52,408 bases of DNA. Origin: a virus (taxonomy: Duplodnaviria > Caudoviricetes). The position numbers and the translations under genes were made by a program. Below the pieces are notes generated by a model. The model was given only the letters and a program-made list of their open reading frames with translations, was not told where the DNA came from and ran no database searches. Shown one piece after another: positions 7,598-16,200 of the stretch; positions within the stretch are counted from its first letter, which is position 1, and each line of letters begins with the position of its first letter. The stretch covers positions 1 to 52,408 of the IMG/VR virus record IMGVR_UViG_3300024259_001058, one strand, 5' to 3'.

Positions 7598-8226
7598 TCG
7601 GAGATGTGATTCCCGTAGTAGTGCGTCTCGTGGTCGAAGCTGTTGTGGCTGTTGTCGACAGTGCGGCCACGCATCACCACCTGCTCTATGTCCGTGGCTG
7701 CCAACAGCCGTACCTCTCTCTCTGCCGAGAGCGGGGACACCTTCGGCATGTAGGCCGGGACGAACCCTTGCAGGAACCCTGCCAGCCGGGAGAGTTCGTC
7801 GGCTGGGGATTCGATCATGTTGGCATAGAGTTGTTCGAGCATCTGGCAGTGGGGCGCGCCGTTGAACCAGTACATCATGCGGACGTGGTTATCGACCACC
7901 TCCTGCATGGACGTGCGCAGCGCAGCGCCTGTCGTCCCCGTGAAGGCTTTCCATGAGGCGGCCACGTCACGTATGTCACGGTGGATGTACAGGAACGCGT
8001 CGTGTGGGTTCTCCACGAGTCTGCGTGAGATGTCGTGCGGGATGTTGTGAACCTTGACGAAGCGCACTGCGAACGCGCTGCGTCTGTCTTGCAGGTCTGC
8101 TTCCTCCACGGTTTCGGGTGGTTCGGGGCGTTTGGCTAGGTCGCTCAGTATGCGGCGTGCTGCGTTGTATTGCCAAGTCGACCCGGAGCGTTTCATCCCG
8201 AGGCACAGTACGTTGATGCCGTCCAT
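7486..8226 (-). CDS. Sulfotransferase-fold (PAPS-binding) protein
   Basis: 5'-phosphosulfate loop GMKRSGSTW, central VKVH, 3'-phosphate motif YIHRDIRDVAASW, C-terminal G..G.W. Confidence 0.82.
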   Translation of the reverse strand: MDGINVLCLGMKRSGSTWQYNAARRILSDLAKRPEPPETVEEADLQDRRSAFAVRFVKVHNIPHDISRRLVENPHDAFLYIHRDIRDVAASWKAFTGTTGAALRTSMQEVVDNHVRMMYWFNGAPHCQMLEQLYANMIESPADELSRLAGFLQGFVPAYMPKVSPLSAEREVRLLAATDIEQVVMRGRTVDNSHNSFDHETHYYGNHISEWKGRVGIWDEVLKGNDRATAIEMWNQANERIALDAV

Positions 8227-8801
8227 TAGCTCTCCGTCCGAATGTCGGCCATCACGGCGCTTTGGAGCGTGCCGTCCACTAGATCAGCGATCAGCGCCAT
8301 CGTGCCGATGGGCAGGTCGTCGTGCATGGTGATGTGCATTTTCCGCCAGGCTATGGTGTCTCGACACGGGTGTTCCCAGCCGATGGAGATAGCGAAGTCG
8401 GGGTAGAGTTCACGCATAATGCGCAGTACGGTGTCGTAGACGCCCGGGACGCAGACCAGCACCGGCGAGTCGCAGTGCGGGTAGCGGAGCAGGAACTGTT
8501 CGAGTACGCCATACGACAGCGACCGTTCCGTCCCGCTGTTGTGGTCGTGGAGGTCAGAACGGGAAGGGGTAAGCACCGCGTAGTGTGCACGACACTTGGC
8601 CTTCCTAACCAGCGTTCGGACGGCCTCTTCGTCTTGGAGAGGCTTCGGCGGGTCCTTCGCGTTGAGCGCCAGTCGGACATACGCCGCCGCCTCGAAGACG
8701 TAGCCGGATACCATGTTCGTGTTCACGACGGGGGCCGAGAGTTCAGCTCTCGCCCCGTCAAGAACCCTCTGCGCTTCTTCCACCAACTGATACCGTGTCA
8801 T
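8226..8801 (-). CDS. Hypothetical protein
   Basis: 191-aa ORF, stop overlaps the next ATG. Confidence 0.65.
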   Translation of the reverse strand: MTRYQLVEEAQRVLDGARAELSAPVVNTNMVSGYVFEAAAYVRLALNAKDPPKPLQDEEAVRTLVRKAKCRAHYAVLTPSRSDLHDHNSGTERSLSYGVLEQFLLRYPHCDSPVLVCVPGVYDTVLRIMRELYPDFAISIGWEHPCRDTIAWRKMHITMHDDLPIGTMALIADLVDGTLQSAVMADIRTES

Positions 8802-9300
8802 CCTCTTCCTCCATCTCCACGTCGATCACAGTGCCGGGGTTGAGAGGCTTGGGGGGTAGCCCGAGTTCGTTATAGGCCTTCTCCAAGACCAAGTGTGCTT
8901 CCTCGGAGGTGACGATGTTCGCGTCCAGCGCCATGTCTACGGTCTTGATGTGCAGTGCTGCCATGCGTTGCTCGTAGTCTCGCGCGTGTCTCATCATCAG
9001 GTCAGCGACTTTGAGCTTGTCGGCGTCCCGGGCTTCGGGGTTGGCCAGCACCTCTGCCATGATGCGGTATGCCTGGTCGACGCCGTGCGTGACATGGACC
9101 ACGCGTTGTGCGGCGAGTACTGCGCGGACTTCTTCGTCGCTGTTGAGCCAGGTGTGTATGGTCTGTCGGCTGACGCCCACGGTATCCGCAATCGACTGCA
9201 CGCCACGTCCGAGCGCGTAGAGCTTGCCGACGTTGGCTTTGACGCTGATCTCAGTGTCGAACTCGGACTTACCGACGCGACTGAACGGTCCTGTGGCCAT
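8758..9300 (-). CDS. HTH protein, possible terminase small subunit
   Basis: HTH VQSIADTVGVSRQTIHTWL followed by helical A..IMAEVL...DADKLKVADLMM, an architecture seen in TerS proteins. Confidence 0.55.
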   Translation of the reverse strand: MATGPFSRVGKSEFDTEISVKANVGKLYALGRGVQSIADTVGVSRQTIHTWLNSDEEVRAVLAAQRVVHVTHGVDQAYRIMAEVLANPEARDADKLKVADLMMRHARDYEQRMAALHIKTVDMALDANIVTSEEAHLVLEKAYNELGLPPKPLNPGTVIDVEMEEEDDTVSVGGRSAEGS

Positions 9301-9593
9301 TAGACCTTCTCCGCATCGTCTGGCATCTCGGTTGGCGGCTCATACTCTTCCTCGGGGGGGCCTTCCTCCACCTCGCCCATGAGCAGGTGACTCTTGGTGA
9401 GTTCCACTCGGTATCGGATACCGGGGTACAGCACCATCGTTCCTGGGAAGCGATAGGGGTTGCCTTGAAGTTGCAGCACCAGTATCTCGTGCGCGCCGGT
9501 CATCCCGGCGGTGAACTCCACGGACTCCCCGATTTTGAGAGATACCTGCCGCACCGGCATCACGTCCGAGCCTAGCTTGAACTCACGCATCAC
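9300..9593 (-). CDS. Hypothetical protein
   Basis: 97-aa coupled ORF with acidic tail. Confidence 0.65.
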   Translation of the reverse strand: MMREFKLGSDVMPVRQVSLKIGESVEFTAGMTGAHEILVLQLQGNPYRFPGTMVLYPGIRYRVELTKSHLLMGEVEEGPPEEEYEPPTEMPDDAEKV

Positions 9594-9844
9594 ACTTTGG
9601 TCTTCTCAATCTCGGCCACCATGCGGGTAGCAAACGCATCCACCTCGTCATCGGTGAGCCTGTCGTAGGGCCTGCTACGTACTGCGCCTGTCCTCGGGTC
9701 GGTGGCCCCTGTCTCGTAGAATTCGAGCTTAGCCATCTGCCCGTCGGGTCGTAGTTCCAGCAGCGCCATGATGGCCTTCCCCTTGTGCCGGAACTGGAAG
9801 GACCACTGGTTGAACTCACCGCCCCGGGGGTCACTAACCCTCAT
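9590..9844 (-). CDS. Hypothetical protein
   Basis: 84-aa coupled ORF. Confidence 0.65.
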   Translation of the reverse strand: MRVSDPRGGEFNQWSFQFRHKGKAIMALLELRPDGQMAKLEFYETGATDPRTGAVRSRPYDRLTDDEVDAFATRMVAEIEKTKV

Positions 9845-10088
9845 TCTTCATCTCCACCGTCTCCTTAACCATCTGGATGTAGCGTGCGGCCTTCGCCCCG
9901 GGCATCAGGTACGTCCGCACCACGATGTCGTCGCCTACCCCGTGGATGGTGTACCAGTCGCACTCGTCACGGTCTAGGTACAGCCTGCCCCACACATCGT
10001 CACGGGCTTCGTCCTTGGTGTCGGTAACGAAGACCACCTCACGGGTCATCACGCGCACGCTCTCGCCGCTGAACGGGTTAGCTTTCAT
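9834..10088 (-). CDS. Hypothetical protein
   Basis: 84-aa coupled ORF. Confidence 0.65.
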   Translation of the reverse strand: MKANPFSGESVRVMTREVVFVTDTKDEARDDVWGRLYLDRDECDWYTIHGVGDDIVVRTYLMPGAKAARYIQMVKETVEMKNEG

Positions 10089-10554
10089 CAGGCACCACCA
10101 TCCAGAAGAAGTTCCCCTCGGGAACGTCGCAGAGTGAAAAGCCCACGACGGTCTGTATGGCTATGGTTCCTATCACCATCTCCACCACCGTCGGGGTGTT
10201 CGTAGATGGATACAGTGGGCGGGAAGCCTTGATGTCTCGTCCCGCCTGCACATACATGGCACGCGCCCCTCGTGGGCTCAGGTACTCGCCGTAGTGACCA
10301 ACCCGCCATTGCGGGGTCTTCCAATTGGAGTGCAGCTCGGGGAACGAGATGGAATGTGGCGTCGGCGCAGGGGCCATGTAACAGTCACGCACCAACACCC
10401 ACGGGTCGAGCTTCTGGCAGTGGCCGTCCTCACGAACGCCGGTGAATAGTCCGCCTCGTCCTTTCGGCAGCCCAATCTTCCACGTCTCCCCGTTGGATTG
10501 CCACTCCTGCCCCACGTCTTCCCACGTCGGCGCGTCCTTGCTATAAGCTCTCAC
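10078..10554 (-). CDS. Hypothetical protein
   Basis: 158-aa ORF, GTGA overlap. Confidence 0.65.
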   Translation of the reverse strand: MRAYSKDAPTWEDVGQEWQSNGETWKIGLPKGRGGLFTGVREDGHCQKLDPWVLVRDCYMAPAPTPHSISFPELHSNWKTPQWRVGHYGEYLSPRGARAMYVQAGRDIKASRPLYPSTNTPTVVEMVIGTIAIQTVVGFSLCDVPEGNFFWMVVPDES

Positions 10555-10796
10555 GACACACTCCCCTCACGTAGCTTCCTCCTGTAAACGCGCTTCAACG
10601 CTTCCACCAGCCGCATCTCCAACAGCACCCGGTAGATGCGCTCGAACCCGGCGTCTATCTGCTCCTGCTGCCGACGCCGCGCCTCCGGGGTGTTCAACGA
10701 GCGTAGCATCTCGCGCACGTCGCCAATCCTAATCGGGGGGTTATCCGATGACTGTGACACCTGTATGCCTCCGTAGCTTGGTGTTGAAGGCTTCAT
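10551..10796 (-). CDS. Hypothetical protein
   Basis: 81-aa ORF in operon. Confidence 0.55.
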   Translation of the reverse strand: MKPSTPSYGGIQVSQSSDNPPIRIGDVREMLRSLNTPEARRRQQEQIDAGFERIYRVLLEMRLVEALKRVYRRKLREGSVS

Positions 10797-10974
10797 GCTC
10801 GGGGCGTGCCTTCGCTTCGACTTCGTATGTGCTAGGCCACCCTACGATGGTGTGCATATCCTCCATGAACAGCGGCCTTACGTCACCATAGCCTGGGTTC
10901 AGCTTCTCTCGCCAGCGCCGCTCGTGGATGCTCGGCGGGTGGCCTTTAAGCCTTCGGGATTGCTTCGGCCTCAT
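10741..10974 (-). CDS. Hypothetical protein
   Basis: 77-aa ORF filling the gap; overlaps neighbours. Confidence 0.45.
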   Translation of the reverse strand: MRPKQSRRLKGHPPSIHERRWREKLNPGYGDVRPLFMEDMHTIVGWPSTYEVEAKARPEHEAFNTKLRRHTGVTVIG

Positions 10975-11485
10975 CGACTATCACCCTCAACGTGTTGTCC
11001 CCGTACTCGTTCTCCCATAACGGCTTACGAAACACACGCTCTGCGTTTGGATACGTCGCATCAAACGTGCCACCGTCCATCATCCGAGTGCATTCCCTAC
11101 ACTCGTAGTCCGGCCCCACCACCGCCCACTCTCGACACGCACACGGCTGCTCCACCAACTGCACCGTTGCCCCACGGTCGAACAGTTCGTACTTCATCGC
11201 CCCGTACCGCTTCTGCTCCAAGAACGATGGGCGGCCTTTCCCTATCCACCACTCGTCAAACGCATACGGTGTGAACGCGTAGAACGCCTCCGGGTCATCC
11301 ACCAGCTTGCGGAATAACACCTTCAAGTTCGTATGCACCTGCGACCTGCCGCAATGAGACTCGTCACCGAACCCCCAGTACTGACGCACCCTCCCTGTCC
11401 GCCACACTATCCCACGACCCCACACGAACGACATCGGAGCCTGCTCTACCTCGAATAGCGAAAGCTGCTCACTCATCGGAGTCAT
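10946..11485 (-). CDS. Hypothetical protein with CxC/CxxC
   Basis: 179-aa ORF; start 11485 or 11476. Confidence 0.6.
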   Translation of the reverse strand: MTPMSEQLSLFEVEQAPMSFVWGRGIVWRTGRVRQYWGFGDESHCGRSQVHTNLKVLFRKLVDDPEAFYAFTPYAFDEWWIGKGRPSFLEQKRYGAMKYELFDRGATVQLVEQPCACREWAVVGPDYECRECTRMMDGGTFDATYPNAERVFRKPLWENEYGDNTLRVIVDEAEAIPKA

Positions 11486-11723
11486 CGGTATCGTCGGGCT
11501 TACGCTTGTTCACGATGCCCACGTTGAGATACGCCGTCTCATCACACTCCGGGCAAGGCGTCTTGAACGATGCACGCCTACCAAACAGAATCCCCTCCGT
11601 AGCTGCCATAAGCTCAACCGGGTCGCCCTCCTCGACCGCCCATTTACATCCGCAGGAATAGCACCGCACTTCCTGCCCAATACCACCGCCCTTGTTCAGA
11701 CCGCTTGCGATTACCTTAGCCAT
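11469..11723 (-). CDS. Small zinc-ribbon-like protein
   Basis: CYSCGC and CPEC pairs; TGATG overlap with the endolysin stop. Confidence 0.65.
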   Translation of the reverse strand: MAKVIASGLNKGGGIGQEVRCYSCGCKWAVEEGDPVELMAATEGILFGRRASFKTPCPECDETAYLNVGIVNKRKPDDTDDSDE

Positions 11724-12511
11724 CAGGAGACTCCCTTGAACGCACGGTTAGCCAGCCAACCACCGAGGTTGCCCGCGTCGGTTTTATCATAGCGTTCCTT
11801 GCTAAGGGCAGCTATGAACTTCTCCATATCTTCGTCTGTATCCCAACCTAGCGGGGAGGCAAACGCCCGAGCTAGGTCACGAATCTCCCCCCTCACCTTC
11901 CCCTGCACGATGCGCGCGTATCTCAAGCACATCGCCTGCGCGATTGCGATGAGTAGTTCGGGCGTGTCCTTGGTCGTGTCGAGCGCCGCATTTGAGTAGG
12001 AGTGGAAGGCGCGCGTGTAGTGGTTGAGGGCGGCCAGCGTATTCGGCCCCAACGCCCCGTCGGCAGTAGCCCCTATCACCTTCTGCACCGCCTTCACGCA
12101 ATGCTTGAGCATCACGCCGCCGCCGTTGATCTTGGCGTCGAACAGCTTCCCCGCCACTGCCTGCGACTCGATCTCCGTCACATGCACAGAGCGCGTCAGT
12201 TGCCCCTGTCGGTGGTAGAAGGCTAGGACTCCCCGCTCGATCAAGTCCACATGTAGAACACGCTCAGCAAGGAGCCGCCCCTGTGACAAGTCGATGGCCT
12301 CATCCCCTGCCCACCCAAACTGGGGGCGAAGGATGTCCACATCAGCCCACCAGGCGAGCTTCGGGTGATGCACACGGCTGACTCCACCGACGGTTTCTCC
12401 GCCCGCATCGCCAGCACGGTTCGTCCACGTCAGCAACCCCCCCTCGGATAGGATGGTGTCCTCGATCATCGCGCCCAGGTCACTGCTTCGCAGCACTTCG
12501 TTCCTCGGCAT
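11723..12511 (-). CDS. Endolysin, glycoside hydrolase family 108 with peptidoglycan-binding segment
   Basis: ILSEGG...N...DAGGETVGGVS resembles the GH108 catalytic motif; VQKVIGATADGALGPNTLAALN is a PG-binding motif. Confidence 0.85.
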   Translation of the reverse strand: MPRNEVLRSSDLGAMIEDTILSEGGLLTWTNRAGDAGGETVGGVSRVHHPKLAWWADVDILRPQFGWAGDEAIDLSQGRLLAERVLHVDLIERGVLAFYHRQGQLTRSVHVTEIESQAVAGKLFDAKINGGGVMLKHCVKAVQKVIGATADGALGPNTLAALNHYTRAFHSYSNAALDTTKDTPELLIAIAQAMCLRYARIVQGKVRGEIRDLARAFASPLGWDTDEDMEKFIAALSKERYDKTDAGNLGGWLANRAFKGVS

Positions 12512-12791
12512 CTTCCGACTCCTCCGCTGCCGCCAACATGGCGTTATGGACTTCCTTAGGCGAGTACTTATAAAGCACCGCCAGCACCTTGCGCGCGAAC
12601 TCCCTGTCCTTCTCCTTGTCAGCCTCGGAGAGATCGGCGTAGGGCGTGTCGGCCTGGGCCTCCCATCTATGCCACGATACGAGGGCCGATGGGATGTCCG
12701 CGCAAGGCCACGACTTCCCCAGCATGTGCTTCGCCCACCCCGCCCACTGCTCGTGTTCTAGCGCCGCCAGGTCTTCCAGCAAATCAGACAC
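12480..12791 (-). CDS. RyR-repeat-like domain protein
   Basis: LAALEHEQW...TPYADLSEADKEKDREFA pattern; GTG start 12791 after AAGGGAG. Confidence 0.6.
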   Translation of the reverse strand: MSDLLEDLAALEHEQWAGWAKHMLGKSWPCADIPSALVSWHRWEAQADTPYADLSEADKEKDREFARKVLAVLYKYSPKEVHNAMLAAAEESEDAEERSAAKQ

Positions 12792-12928
12792 CGCACACTC
12801 CCTTATACACAACCCGTTGCAGACCGCCAGAACCACGACCGGACGATACGACGACGACAAACACGACCCAAGAGACGCAGGAATGGTGCCAATCGCTTGA
12901 CATAACGCGACATTGGGCGCTTTTCTTC

Positions 12929-12970
12929 GATTATACCGTCATTGGTGGCACATTTCACCGTCATTGGTGG
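12929..12970 (-). promoter_or_regulatory. sigma70-like promoter overlapped by two 14-bp direct repeats
   Basis: GTGAAA-N17-TATAAT on the - strand (-10 at 12929-12934); CCACCAATGACGGT at 12935-12948 and 12957-12970. Confidence 0.7.
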
Positions 12971-13260
12971 GGAACAGCGGAGAATCGTGGGGATTCGTTG
13001 CAGCGCCCGCGCGTAGGGGGGGGTTGGGGGACGAATCCGGGCTGCTACTGGGTCTGCGGGGCTGGTGTCCGGGGGGATGCGGGCCTAGTGTCGCATTATG
13101 CGCCGGTCGGGAGGGGGAGGAGAGCCCCCTATGGGGAAGATTTTCGATTTCCGTGTAGGAACTTATTTCCCTACGGGAGTTTCTCTCTTTTGTCTGCCGT
13201 CGGTAACCAGATATGCTACCCGTTTGGTTGCACGTCGTTGGTTACGGGGAGATAATGTGG

Positions 13261-16200
13261 CTAGCGTGCGCCTGGTATGTCCAGTCTGCCGGACGGGTCG
13301 CCTTGCTTCCCGGGGCCGAGGATGTTCGCTAGTTCCTCCTCGAAGCTGGTGTCGAGTCCTTCGCGGCGCATCTCCCGTGTGCGTTCCCGCGCGGTGTCTT
13401 TCGGGTAGTCCATCTCGGCTTGGAAGAACGTGTCCAAGCGGTCGGCGTCGTCACGATCTAGCTCGCTGAACTGGAGGCCGAGTACCACCTTCCCTGCGAG
13501 CGTGAACGAGCCCTTCTTAAGGGATGAGGGTTGCAGGAAGTCACGGTCTTCCTCCTGCACGTAGCTCAGGACCTTCCTATACTCAGACCACAGGCGGGTG
13601 AACCCTGGAAGATTGTGGACGAGGTAGGCGTTGTGTGGCTTCTCGGACACGTAGTCCGGCCTGCTCTTTGTCCCCTTGTTCCTGAACTCCACGAAGCGGT
13701 GCATGAACTTGCGGAAGTCGTCTGGCATGAGACGCCCTTCCGGGGTGTCCTCGGCTAGGAAGCGGCCGATGTCAGGGATGCGCACTGAGTCGCGGACGTT
13801 GCGCCCCGAGAAGAAGCGATAGCCTGACCGTAGCTCGAACCAACTCTTGGGGACCGGGTGCAGCTGCTTAAGGAAGCCGAACCCGCCCTCGGTGATAGTG
13901 TCAACGGCCTGCTGTGCCGGGTTGCCTAGCGAGTTCATCCACATGGCCTGCCCATTACGGCCCCGGCTCAGGAGTACTCGCGCGCCGCGTTGCGTGTGCT
14001 CGTAGGTCTTGGCCAACTCCTCTGCGGTCGCTGGTTCTTCCCCGGATAGCTGCTGCACCATGTCTATGAAGTTGGCTTGGACTGCGAACTGCCCCGGTCT
14101 ACGGACGATCATCTCGGCTTGCAGCGCCAGATTCTTACGCGTGAACGTATAGAAGGGGATGAAGCGGCGCAGCACCTTGCGCTCGAAGGCGGTGAGTGCG
14201 CCGTAGTCGAACAGGAACATCTTCACCCGCTCGGCAGCGTTGAGTACATCCCCGCCGTTCTTCATAAGGTTGTGCATGAACAGCAGGCGGCGAGAGTGGT
14301 CCTCGACAAGGTTCGCCATCTTCCGCGCGCCGCGCTGCGGTGCCCCCACCGCCTGCTTCACCGCCCTAAGCACCTCTCCCGGCTTACCTTCGATGCGATT
14401 GGCTGCGTTCATGCGGGACAGGTCGGCGTTGGTGGCGGCTTCGAGGTCAAGAACCCCGTGAGGTATGCCGTTACCTGCCACGTCGTACTGCTTCATCACA
14501 TCGTCAAGCTCGCCGTACAGCCAGGTCTTCCCGTTCACGTCCGTCATTATCGGCTGCTCGCGTAGCAAGCGCAGCGCGACTCGCGCCTCGGAGGCTTCTG
14601 TCGCCACAGCGCTGCGGAGGCCCGGTCCCAGGATGTCGGCCTGGTGAGCCATCCATCCCAGCTGCTGCGACATGCCGTGAAGCGCGGGGTTGAACGCAGC
14701 CGTACCGATGTCCATGTAAGCCAGCCACGTATTGGACAGGTGATTCTGGCCGTGGAACGCGGGGAAGTAAGCGGTCACCGTGGTCTTCCACCACGCGTTG
14801 TAGCCGTCCGTGACCTTGCCTATGGCTGCTCCGATCTCCCACAGCGAGTCGCCGGGGCCACGCCCTCCCTTGAACTCTGGCATGTTGTCGGAGATGAGCC
14901 GGTCGACGGACTTCTGTAGGTAGTACCCTTCGAGGCCAGGGATGCCGTGGTCATCTGGACTTACCCAGTTTCCTTCGGGGGTTCCGGTCTTCGAGCCAGT
15001 CTTCGCCCGCTGGACAAGGGGGTCTACCCCCTCGAAGTCAGTCACCGGCCGAGCAATACCGATGTCCTTAAGCTCTTGCCAGAACTCAGCCTGCGACACC
15101 ATGTAGGCGTGCTGTCGCGCTCGATTAACGGAAGCGCGGATGGCGTTCGGTTCAAACAGACCGCCCAAGACATCGTTGGCTTCGTCCAGCAGCAGCTTCT
15201 CTCGGGAGTAGAACCGGAGGTTCCCGTGGTCGGCTGCCAGGCTAAGCTGCTCCCGTCGAAGCGGGACTCGTCCCCCGTCGTCACCTTCAACCCAAACACG
15301 CAGGTCGGACTTGTTGATGGCGTCCAAGTCCTCGATGGCACCGAGATCAAGCATGTCGTGCGAGCCATCCTCGCCCAAGCGGGAGTGACCGACCACCTTG
15401 AACTTGCCCTGTCCCAACGTCTCCATCTGCTCGGCGGTAAGCTGCGCCGTCTTGGTAAGCACCTCGTCACCGAGGACAGGCAGCCCCTTCTTCCTGGCAC
15501 CGATGCGCCGCACCCATAGCTCATCGTTGTTGGGCGGGACTCGGGAGAGGACATCCGTGATAGCGTCGGCCATACTGAACTCAAGGTCGGCCATACGCTT
15601 CTCTTGCCTCAGGATGAGGTTGCGGAGCTTACCGCCCTTCTTAGCCTGGGTCAGGTCCTTGCCCAACTCATCGACCAGCGAGTCCAATGTCTTGTGCAGC
15701 CCCGCCCGGTCATCCATCCCAGCCTCCTGAGCAGCACTGGCAATGTCCGCTAAGGCACGCTCTCTACCTTGGATGGCGCTCATGTCGGCGTCGGTGGCAC
15801 CGTCCTGAACTAGCTCGCTCAGTTGGCGTCGGTAAGTATCAAGCTCCCCGGTAAGAAGCTCCTGCATCCCCTCGATCTCAAGGTCGGATAGGACTTGGAG
15901 GGTGTCCTCCGTCGTGAGCATCTTGGACTGGATATTCTCGATGGTTACCAGCAGAGAGCGAGTACGGCGGGCTTCCTGCATGGTCTTGTTACCCTGCCGT
16001 AAGAACGCCCGTTGCTGAACTATGGCCTCGGAGAGGCCCTCGGTCCCGTCGAGTGTGGCGTGGAGTTCGTCAAGCTGATGATGCAGTTGCCCTAGCTCAC
16101 GCACCATCGCGTCATCCAAGTCCGCATCGAACGTCAGCTGCTCCCACGGGAGCTTATCTATACGGGCGTTGACAGCATCGACCTGCCGCAGCACTTCGGC

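Noticed and set aside
12689-13469. + strand ORFs across the 12.8-13.3 kb gap
   Set aside because: Opposite to both neighbours, overlap a promoter and real genes, and have implausible composition.
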